From positions 119,040,001 to 119,104,000 of the forward strand of contig NC_042999.1 of NCBI RefSeq assembly GCF_006345805.1: DNA of 64,000 bases, in the 5' to 3' direction. Below the pieces are notes generated by a model that was given only the letters and a program-made list of their open reading frames with translations, did no database searches and was not told the origin of the DNA. Made by a program: the position numbers and the translations under genes. Positions within the stretch are counted from its first letter, which is position 1. The number at the start of each line of letters is the position of its first letter. Shown one piece after another: positions 53,090-64,000 of this stretch. This stretch comes from Octopus sinensis (lineage: Eukaryota).

Positions 53090-54496
53090 TCTATAAAAGG
53101 GAGGATGTGTATGTGTGTGTAGGTGATTGTAATTTATGCACGTCCACAAATTAGCATGCATGTCGCTCAAATTTTAGGAGGACATTTGTCAGCATCCTAT
53201 CTGGGTTCTTTCAACTTATTTTTACCCCCCGAGGTACCCGTGGGTAGCGTAAATATCTATTTTCAGACAAAGCTTTTAGCCACGAAAAATATTAGCCTCG
53301 GCTTTTTTGATGACATCTAACAAAAAAAAAAAGATAAAGAAAAGTGGAAGAAGGAGGCAGAGAGTTTCACGGGAAAGACAAAGTGAGAGAGGGAGAGACA
53401 GAGATTAAATGACAATGTTCTTGCCAGCGTCTAACAAAAAAGTAAGATAAAGAAAAGTGGAAGAAGGAGGTAGAGAGATTCACGGGAAAGACAAAGTGAG
53501 AGAGGGAGAGACAGAGATCAAATGACAACGATGGTGTCTAACAAAAAAAATTAAGATAAAGAAAAGTGGAAGAAGGAAGCAGAGTGTTTCACGGGAAAGA
53601 CAAAGTGAGAGAGGGAGAGAGAGAGAGAGAGACAGAGTAAGTTATGACGTTCATCTTTGTATATAAAAGTGAGGTTGTGTGCTGTCTGTCTCCTACGATT
53701 TAGATCCCTAACTACTCCCACATTTTGCGGTGCAGTTTAACCAAAACCGGGTATCTTATAGTCGTGATTCATATCGAGCCCTTCTGGGTATTAGCGCGCG
53801 TCTACGATGAGTCTACGATTTAAAAAAAAATTTACCATCAATTTTTCCCATTTTTAATGCATTTTGGCATATATAAGGGAAGTAACTCTCTAAAAATTTA
53901 TTATTAAATCTCAGAACGTAAAAAGCTACAGTAACCCCCCCCCCTTTGTGGTTAGCCATATTGAGATGGCTATTATACTTTACATCTCTAAAAATGCTTA
54001 TATAGTCATTTCCCTTACAAACCCGAGCAACGCCGGGCGATACTGCTAGTAAAAAATAAAATGTAAAATGTTTTTGTTTTTTTGTTTTTCAAAGACACTA
54101 TATTTTATAATCATAGTATATATACTTTAGTGAAAATTGTGCGAGTGTTAATCTACAAATTTAACTACATTTTTTCCATTCATTTCTGTTTATGAACATG
54201 TATGCGTGCACAAAACATGCAATAGGTGTACATACGTATGTGTATGTGTGTTTGTGTCTGTTGCCTATATATATTTATATTATTTTTTTTTTTTCTAGTT
54301 TCAGCTTAGAGCTGCGGCCATGCTGATATATATATATATAATATATATATATATAATATATAATATATATAATATATATATATAACTAATTTCAATGGAT
54401 TTTGCCCAAATTTACTTAGTTTGGTTTGAAATAAAGAACTTGATTAGCTTAATAATCATAACTTAATCCCAAGCAAGGCCGGGTTATACTGCTAGT
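53090..54496 (+). mobile_element. Composite/nested Helitrons: outer 5' end at 53090, three ~110-bp tandem repeats (53316-53650), inner element 53654-54049, second 3' end at 54496
   Basis: A|TCTATAAAAG and A|TCTTTGTATATAAAAG 5' ends; two hairpin+CTAG|T 3' ends. Confidence 0.7.
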
Positions 54497-54544
54497 ATAT
54501 ATATAAATATATATATATAAATACAAATATAAATAAATATATCA

Positions 54545-54578
<34 letters not shown>

Positions 54579-57441
54579 CGGTAAACTTAAGTAATACTTT
54601 ATAATTAGGGTTCAGCAAAGATTTGCTTTACCACATACCGAAGTTTAGAAATAGCAGCCAAAAAACCTTAGCTATTTCTTCTACTTTAAAAAGGGACTCC
54701 CAGAAAGATCGAAATACTTGAAAACAATCCATGCAGGCAGAGAGGAAAAATAACCTTTGTTATTATTGATATATATATATATATATATAAAAACAATTGC
54801 AGTGTGAAACTTTTCTTTAGGAATATAATTAGTTCCCTTGATAGCTTGTTTCATGACCTTCAGAGTATGCGAAGCCAGAGATATAGTCTTGTACTTTACT
54901 TTAACACCTGCTCTTTTTCTTCCTGTATGAACAGCTTACAAGAGAGCTTTGGAAAAGCAGCTGAAATGATTTATATAAAGTCTTATTGCATATTTGAAAG
55001 AAAATTTTTGAGAAACCCTCAAGCTCTACTGAGTTTATCACATTTTAATATTAGTTTCTTTTATGTCCATATAATAATAGCTGCAACTTCTATTAGAAAC
55101 AATGTAGCATTGAAAACTGTTGGCCCAGCTATTTATTTGTATACCAGCTGGATGGTGAAATATTGTGAAAAGTTACTTGTGTATTTCACTTATTTTGAGA
55201 GATTCTACAAGGAGTGATATGCTTCCTTCAAACAATGGTCCCATTTTGGAGTGCACAGTGGGTCTTCTCCATTCGTTTGTGAAACTAGCAAACTGCAGAG
55301 CTAGTTTGATTTTTATAGCCTAGGTTACTTTGAATGTTCCCTTACATTTCAGTCTCATTTCATTTTTTATTTTGATGTCTATGAGGTCGATTTGTAACTG
55401 ATTATTATTTTTATTTTATCTATTTATTGATTTTTATGATTTATGTAATCTTTGTTCTTAGTCTCATGACAAATTTCATGTCTCTGGAGATGATATTTTT
55501 GTAAGCATTATCAGCTTTGCTAGTCGGGACATCTTAAATGTACATAGCTTGCATTATTGATATAAATTACTTAAGTGCTATTTTGTTGTCTTGCATACAG
55601 GGGATTTGGGGCGTGTTTTATTCACAAATTTTTCTCAGCTGATCATTACAGAGCCTTGTGGGAATTAAATTTGGGCTGGATTGTTAGGCTACTGTGTTAC
55701 TCATTCCTTTGTGACCACACATTATTAATTTTTGAATGTTATGGTCAAGTAAAAGAATAGGAATCACATTTACCTTGTGGGTGATTTCTCCATTATTTAT
55801 AATGTAGAGATTCGAATGTGTTGCTGTCTCTAGTGCACTAGCTTAGCTAGAGTGTGTGCTGCCCAGGGTGGCTCTTCCATTTACCACTCCTTGACCCCAC
55901 AAAAAATACGTATTGCCAACAGCAATAGCCTACAACTGGATGAAAAGTGCTGCCTAGGGTGGACCGTCCCTACTATGCCCCATAGCTATGCTAGTGCTCT
56001 GGTGGGGCAGCAGACTATTTGTTCCCCAAACTCCATACTAGCCAAGGAAAACTGAGACACTCTTGTCTTCAATCATAGTGAGAGAAAATGGCTCCCTAAC
56101 AGTTTTAAATTGGGATCAGTGAAGTCATCCAATAAGAGTACGTTAGTATTCTTGTCTACATTGTTTAATAGTTCTGTTGTGCAGTTTTATTTCAAATTTT
56201 CTTTTACCATAATTTAATTTATCAATAGATATGTTCAAAACTATGCTGAAATGCTTTATATATGCTATTAATGCTACAAACAACTTGAGCCTGACAGCAG
56301 CACTGATCATGTTATGACTTTGTAGATACAAATCTCATCTCATTCGTGGCTTCTTTCTATCTTATAACAAAAGAGAACATACTCTGATAAGTGAAATTCT
56401 GCTTTAATATATCTGCTGTCAGTTCTATGCCTATAACCTGAATACATATGATGGGGTCATTAGGTAGGGAATTTTACTGCTGTTATTAGTCATAAGAAAC
56501 TTTTGTAATTTACTAGTATAATTTATTTTACATGTTAGGTGATGTACAGGATGGACATCCAAGATTTATTATGTGAAAGGGCTTTATACAATGATTGTTG
56601 CTGTTATATCCAGATCAGCTGCCACACTGTATTCTGGCAGTGAAAAATGTTGTTCGATTGCCATGATCTATGGTTTTCTCTTGCCATCTTGTCTAGTAGT
56701 ATGTATACGTGTGCTTCTGTGTGTATGTGTGTGTGTGTGCGTGTGTGTTTGTGTGTATGCGTTTGTTTATGTGTGGTTGATTATGTGTGTTTGTATATGT
56801 ATGTTTATGTGTGGTGCATGAGGAGAATGCATGCTAGCTGTGCTGTCACTTTTTTTGTAGATGTATTGAAATCGGTCATTTGATTCATTGTTCAGTAACA
56901 CATTCAATTTCTCATGTCTGTCTGCCACAAGATGAACATTTCTTACATCCTTGTGGAAAATGGTGGCAACAACCATCTCATTTAATACATCTTTGGTGGT
57001 CTGTGACATTTTTCTGTATTTGCAGATACCTCTCAAGTGTATGTTCAGGACTGGAGTCTTTGTCCATTTTTCTCCAGTTTAATATAAAGGCTTTTAGGCA
57101 GTAGCTTATCTTTATTATTATTTATTTTTTATAACAAATTTCTTCATCTTTATGTTTTTTATGTTTTGTTTACTTTTAATGGATTTTTCAAATTCTTGTG
57201 TGTCATCTTTCTTTATTGATATTCCTGTTCTGCTGATTGAGGACTTGTATTGCTTCTGTCAATGTTTTTAATATTTGGTTTAGATTCCTCTACACCACTT
57301 TCTAACACACACACACAGAGGATATGTGTATATATATATGTGTGTGTGTATGTAATGTATGTATGTATACCACTATATATATTCATACACACACATGCAC
57401 AAACACACACACACACATATACATATATATATATATAAGTA

Positions 57442-57830
57442 GGTGCACGAGTGGCTGTGTGATAAGAAGCTTGCTTCCCAGCCCCATAAGTCTGGGTTCA
57501 GTTCCACAGTGTGGCACCTTGGGCACATGGCTTCTACTATAGCCTTGGGCCAACCAAAACCTTGTAAGTGGATTTGGTCAACGGAAACTGAAGGAAGCCC
57601 ATCATATATGTGTGTGTGTGTGGTGTGTGTGTGTGTGTCTGTGTTTGTTCTCCCTCCATTGCTTGACAACTGGTGTTGGTGTGTTTATGTCCCTGTAACT
57701 TAGTGGGATGGCAAAAGAGACCAATAGAATTAGTACTAGGCTTGCAAAAAATAAGTCCTGGAGTTGATTTGTTCGACTAAAGGTGGTGCTCCAGCATGGC
57801 TGTAGTCAAATTACTGAAAAAAATAAAAAA
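57442..57830 (+). mobile_element. Family B SINE
   Basis: Full head, central (GT)n and tail. Confidence 0.88.
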
Positions 57831-59557
57831 CTAGAATATATCGCTAGTGGTAGGTTCTAAGCAGGGAGTTTTGATGGATACAAACAAGACAAGTAAGGTT
57901 TTTTTTCCTCTCAATTGGAGCTGCCATCAAATTCTGGAAACCATAGCTTTCAGAGTATTTCTTATTGTTCTTGTCATTGGAATTCTCTTCAAGATCCTAT
58001 GCCTGAAGGAACAGATGAACATTTTTTTTTATTTGCAAGTTTGTTTTGTTATTTTGTTTCATTTTCATTTTATTTTATTCCTGTTTTAATTTAAGTCTTT
58101 ATATACATAGAAAAGGTAAGATATAAAGTTACATAAGTATAATCAGAAAAAGGAAATTCTAGGTTTATTGGAGAATCGAAAATAATACTTTGCTGGTTAT
58201 TGATTAACTAGACTGTATGATATTTATATTAGCTGTTTACTACCTATCTTATAAACATTTTGCTATAATTTAGAAGTATACCAAACTTTTGAAGAATATA
58301 TAATTTTACTTTTATGGTAAGCTGAAAGAAAATATCAAATGCTAAAACTGAAAAGGACTTCCCATAATTTATTGGATAAGATGATGAGTGAAAGGCTGTT
58401 ATTGTGATGACAGGAAGACGTATGTGACGAATGCCTATTGGTGAGAAAAATTTGAGACAAGAGTTGAAAGTTTTATTAGATAATGAGAGGTTTTGATGGA
58501 GAGTATGGATATATACAAAATAGTAAATATAGAAATAAATATAGGAAGGAATGATTTATTTTATCCGTTTCTTTATAGAGATTACATAAATGAGGGAGTA
58601 TTTGTAAATATTCAAATCTTACCTTTCTGTTACATTTAACACACCAAAAAGTCGCTTGTATTTCTACTAGAACTTTGTATTGCATGTAACATCTAAAAAT
58701 TTACATGTTTTTGTTCATGCTCCCACTGGTAGCAAGAGACTAAAAGGATAAACAGCAAAGGAGTGAGTGGTAGTAAAATAAACTAAATACAGGCGAGGCA
58801 AAATGAATGAATTATAATTATAGTTAAACTCTAGTGAGAGGTTTTGTTGCAGTTGGGGTCGCAGTTATTTTGATTAAAATGCAATTACAAATTTTTGCCA
58901 TAAATTTTGTGAGAAATATATTTTCACTCAATATTACTGTTTATATTAAAAAAAGAAAGAAGGAGGGAAAAATTGAAAACAAAGCATGCTGGGAAAAATA
59001 CACACAGTGCAAATATTATGTAAATATTCTGATATAGAACTCATTACAATGGGTTGAATGGATATATCATTATCAATATCATCATCTCCATCATCATCAT
59101 CATTGTTTAGTGTCTGTTTCCATGCTGACACAGGCTGGACAGTTTGATATGGAACTGGCCAACTAGGACTTGTCCAGACTCCAATTGTCTGTTGTGGCAT
59201 GGCTTCTATGGCTGAATGCCCTTCCTAATGCCAACCACCTAACAAAATGTGTTGGATGCTTTCTATGTACCACTGACATGGGAGCATTTATGCAGTACAA
59301 GCACATTCAAATACTGACATTCTACTCTGAGTTTTGCTCAGGACTGGGTTGGTATCTTCACACTGCTAACTTTTAATATTGTAAACACTTATGCATGTTT
59401 TTCAAATTAAATATCATATCTTTTACAGTTCCTAACCACATAGTTTTCAACTCAGCCTCACTGTGTAGCACTTTGTCTAGGTGTTTTGTACCCTTATTTG
59501 GATCAACCAAAGTTTGAGAGAGGATTTAGTAGAGGGAAGCTGAAATGATACACGTCA

Positions 59558-59590
<33 letters not shown>

Positions 59591-60431
59591 ATGTGTGCAT
59601 GTGTGCATGTGCGTTTGTGTGTGTGTGCATATGTGTGTCTGCACACGTGCGTGTGTGCATGCATGTTTACATCTGTTAGAAAGTTACTTAGTTACTGGTG
59701 GTTAAAGTTGATGTCATTTTCTCTGTTAATGAATCAACCTGGATAAACAGTCTCACGTAATCTCATGTATTCTCATCCAAAATGGAGATGAGTAGCGATA
59801 CTTCCATGTGGCATGCTTGAACAAATGTAAAGGTCTCTTCACATGAGGCCATTAGTTGCCTTGTTAACCCACAAATGTGTGTGTGTAAGTAATTATGTAT
59901 TTTATTTTACTTTATTTTTAGTTATTTTCATTTTGTTACTTACCTTAGTACAGTTCTAAAATGGGCATTTCCATACCTAAAAGGGGTGCACCATTAACAA
60001 ATACATCGCTTGTCAGTTAGTATGTAATGAGTAAATCAAGCTTACATTAGCGGAACTAAATATTTAATACCTCTGAAATATTCTGAAGCAAGAATCTCAT
60101 TCATTATGTTACAGCACAGCAATATCTGTACATCTATTTGCTATCTTTATATGTGTGTAGTGTGCTTTAGCATCAATGACATAATTGGATACAAATTACA
60201 AAGCAGCTGTAAACATATCATATAAATATTTTTATCTCTCACTTCTATTGTATTTGATTAATGATTAAATACTTTCCACCATTGTGATTCCTGAATTTCC
60301 AGAAGGATGTTAGCATTAATGTTATACCTTAAACTCAACGAGAATCTACTTGATAACTTTACACCCAGTGGATAGCTCAGAGTGAGTACTGTTTGATTCC
60401 TTAAATCCCTCTCTCTAGATGTGTATGTGTT

Positions 60432-60468
<37 letters not shown>

Positions 60469-60639
60469 AAATGGAAGATGTGTGTATGTGTATGTACTGG
60501 CCTTTTCTTGATTCCCCTTAAAATCAATATTCTTCATCTGATTTCGTTCATACTGGGAACATACATAACTTATATTCCAGAGATGGTCATAGACTCTTCA
60601 GCTTTTCCACATAATAAGTAATGCCGCCCCTATGATTGT

Positions 60640-61627
60640 TGCTTTAAGGGACATTACTCTTGATGATATAGTTATGCTACTTTCACTTCATCTTCTATTA
60701 CAGGTTTTACAACATTTTCTGGAGGTATGACAAGAAGCTGAATCCTGCTGCCCCACATATAGCCTCACAGCAGCAATTCTCACCAGCTAGGACTTGACCA
60801 GAGTCTCTAGCAGCTTCACATAGTCATCAAAATTGAGCTTAAGGCCTTGGTCATAGATGTAGAGCAACATGACATCATCTTCTCTAGAGACACATCTAAA
60901 GACCATCACAGCTGGTCTTTGGGTGTGTGTTTCATGACATGTGGGTCTTCACGTGGATTGTAGACAAGCCACCTGTTATTCTAGGTGTTATGCAATTAGT
61001 CCAGGCAGAGTTTCTTTGCATCTGAGAAGAACCAGATCATCCCCAGTTCAACAGGGTGCCTCGGCTTGTTCAGGAGTTCTTTTGCCTTTATTGAGCCTTA
61101 CTCTTTGGTGTTGGCTGTTAGAATTTGTCCCTTGTGCCTCTTGTATGAGTAATAACAAGACCCTCATTCTGAACCAGCTTCATGGTGGCGACTCCAACAC
61201 CCATCTCTCTTGTCAAAGCACAGATTCCCTTGCTCAGATCTTCTATTGCTTTGTCCTGCTGTTGTTGTATGAAGTCCAGCATGTGGATACAGTCAGAATG
61301 CCTACTGTCTCTGTCTTGTTGACCATAGCTTAATAGTCTCCAATGCAGCTTTCCATGTCCCATCATACAGCCTTTACAGTGTTCACAAATCTTTCAACAG
61401 CAGTCATTACGTCAGCATTTTGATATTAGTATGAGTCATCATGACACAAGAAATTCTTTTCTAATATTCAGATGGTTTCCAATCCTCCATATCCGCTAAA
61501 TTTTTCTCAAATACAAATTTAACCTTTAGACTCACCATCACTGTTGACAGTTCACCAATACATCAAGCTGTTCCTGAGAAAAGAAGACACAAAATGTCCT
61601 CAAATTTATCCTGACCACTCTGTGTAT
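60640..61627 (-). mobile_element. Decayed Tc1/mariner transposon of the maT (DD37D)-like group
   Basis: Minus strand: WFFSDAKK, NNRWL, VMVFRCVSREDDVM...QGLKLNFDDYVKLLETLVK...QQDSASCHTS. 5' terminus TA-CACAGAGTGGTCAGGATAAATT. Confidence 0.85.
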
Positions 61628-61888
61628 ATACAAAGTGTTTGGGCTAAATTTGACAATTCATATTACATGCTCATGAATTACTATTAAAAGCTTTATTATG
61701 AAAAGTTTCATAGACATAAAAAGTATCATCACATCTATAAATTATTGCAGTATTTGTCTGTCAAATAAAAAGGCAATCTTTAGGTAAGAAATCTATTTGT
61801 GCCTTCCACTATTTTTAATAAATATGCCTTTTACTATCATTAATAAACAATGGTCATTTTTAACAACATGATTATGTTAATCTGTATA

Positions 61889-61949
<61 letters not shown>

Positions 61950-62329
61950 ATGCCTAAAAGGAATGGAAGTAGAGCTCATCATATCCAAGGTAAATCAACA
62001 GATTGTACCCATAAAACTAGCAACCTTCACAGTTCAAACCAATTATTCTCACAGTTCAGAAACTTATTTGGAATAGATAGTTTTACATAATTCAAGAAGG
62101 TTTATTTTATTACAAGTGAAAACGGTTCTGTATGATAAATATATCAATCATAAAATAGATAAGAAACAATATCTAATATTTTTACAAGTAAAACAATTTT
62201 AAAATGGTGTAAACATTTAATGAAATGATGTCATTTTCATTATATGGATCATTTTAAAGTATCTTGTTTGCAACTATATATTTGGCTATTTGATGAATAA
62301 TTTTGAGCCTCATCTTTAAAAAGTGTATT

Positions 62330-63905
62330 TTTATTACTTTTTACAATGCAAATGTATTGATAACATCAGGAAATTTTGGGGTTTTTAGTTTTCTAATGTT
62401 CAATGCTGACAGCCTTTCTTTGCTCATTGAAACTTTGAAATATGATAAGATCAGTTTCAACTAGCTGAAAGATCGCTTACAGCTAGCAGTTGAAATTGCA
62501 GTAGAGAATGTTATCAGAATAGCCAATCACAAATCTGGATAAAAATAAAAACTCATCTTTTTGCTGAATAATATATTTGAGGAGTTCTTCAGTCATGAAA
62601 TACAAGTGTCTGGGTGACTTTTTAGAGAAATCTAAATTTTGAACTGAAATTGTAGTGATGGGCAAATCTTCCATCTATTGCATTATGGAGATGATCAATA
62701 GTGTTTATCATTATTCACAACATTTGAGTTTTCTTTTTATTTTGGCAACTGGCATTTTTTTTTCTTTTTTGGACACTTTCCTTCTTGAATATCTCACTTA
62801 TCATTCAGTTCTTGCCCAGCTTCAAGTGACACACTGCCTAATGATTCTGGACTGCTTAAATGATAACATAGAAGGTCCTTTAAATCCTACTTGGCATTAT
62901 AAAACTTTTTGTTATGATCTTTGAGTTGGGTTTTTTTTAGCAAAGACAATCAGAACGAGAATTTTAGTTAAAAATCCAAGCAAAAACCAAGAAATTAAAA
63001 GACCAAATTAGATTCAGTACTTACATCACCTCTTGCATCAGAAGTTTGATTTTGTTCAACAACCCTGTCTTGTAAAAGATATCAGAGTAAATATGAACCG
63101 GATCAGGAGTTTCTATTTTTAAAATCCTCAGTGTTTCAGAATAGACAACCAGTAGTATAAAATCTTTCAGCTTTTGCCAACACAGTGTTGAATGGGAAAA
63201 AGAAATGCAAAAAGCAATTGAATTACAAATGATGCTACCATCAATACATTCTGGTTAGCAACACACACTCCAATCAAATTGGGAGACTGAATATCATAGT
63301 TTACAAAAACAGCTTTGCAATTTTTTCATTAGTTCTCTGTTGAACAGCACGTTTATAATCAGTCATAACCATAGCATTGTCATAAAATTGAGATCAACAG
63401 TCTTCTAACGGCAGCATTTCCACTTTTACAAGTTCCCAAATTACTTTCACCATGTTTTCAACATCCTTTCATTTTAATTGGATACATCCAAGAAAAGACT
63501 CTTTTGTAAAAATTGTTTTCTCCTCAAAATCAATACCAATATAACAAACTGTTTTTGCCAATTTCTCTCAATCTACTTGATCTTGAGTAGAGTCAATCAT
63601 GAGGTCAAAGTATTCGGCCTTATAAATGCTCCAAAGCAATTCCAGTAAACAGTAAGAAGCCATCAGTTGAATACATTCATTCTGCACTAACGGAGAAAAT
63701 ATGATATTTTTCCAGGGCTCTTTTCTGTATTGCTGAAATGTTTTTCATGTCAGGATCAAAGTTTGCCAACAATTTTAACTACCACAAAATTTCCAAAATT
63801 GCTTTCCTCTATGGAATTCCTTTTGGCCACACAATGCAATTTTAACAACCACAGATTTCCAAAATTGTTCTCCTCAATGGAATTCCTTTTGACCACAAAA
63901 TACAA
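62330..63905 (-). mobile_element. Decayed hAT transposase (DUF4371/ZMYM1-like plus dimerisation domain)
   Basis: Minus strand: NFGNF, YFDLMIDSTQDQ, KESFLGCI, SQFYDNAMVM, and TAISTASCKRSFS*LKLILSYFKVSMSKERLSAL. Confidence 0.85.
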
Positions 63906-64000
63906 GATTCTGAGCTGCTAAAAATTTCACGAAATGGAAAATTTTATGGAGAAAATCTCAGTGATTTTGTGTGTGAATTTCAGTTTGAAGCTTTATGTCA

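Noticed and set aside
53316-53650. CRISPR-like or coding tandem array
   Set aside because: Three contiguous ~110-bp units with no unique spacers, in eukaryotic Helitron context.
54804-55217. 137-aa ORF
   Set aside because: Starts at GTG, very AT-rich, and shows no motif or splice support.
56767-57104. Protein-like ORFs on both strands
   Set aside because: No recognisable motif, they run into microsatellite, and there are no consistent splice sites.
61536-61573. Minus-strand micro-exon with strong splice signals (ttctcag|...|gtgagt)
   Set aside because: It lies inside the 5' region of the maT-like transposon, so it is not evidence of a host gene.

Overview
AT-rich, microsatellite- and SINE-saturated eukaryotic DNA. 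The SINE families, (ATG)n-tailed RTE ends and C2H2 gene suggest a cephalopod (Octopus-like) genome, which is an inference. The only unambiguous host coding sequence is a ~2.5-kb exon (20053-22586, +) encoding a protein with an AT-hook-like motif and 10 C2H2 zinc fingers. Around 9.0-9.5 kb there is a likely bidirectional promoter. To its right is a first exon open in two frames: one frame splices in phase to the zinc-finger exon, the other to a separate 201-nt exon, giving a signal-peptide-like protein. To its left is a phase-consistent 4-exon small-protein model on the minus strand. The rest is largely transposon-derived: at least 5 tRNA-headed SINE families, RTE LINE fragments, decayed mariner, Tc1, maT and hAT transposases, a Penelope-like RT remnant, non-autonomous Helitrons/Helentrons and several MITEs. 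Highlights are a minimal Penelope-type hammerhead ribozyme inside a tRNA-headed SINE, an inverted-repeat element carrying telomeric TTAGGG repeats, inverted SINE dimers upstream of the ZNF acceptor, nested Helitrons and a 658-bp local duplication. Repeat boundaries were read by eye and are approximate (about +/-10-20 bp) unless a TSD or terminus is quoted. No databases were searched.
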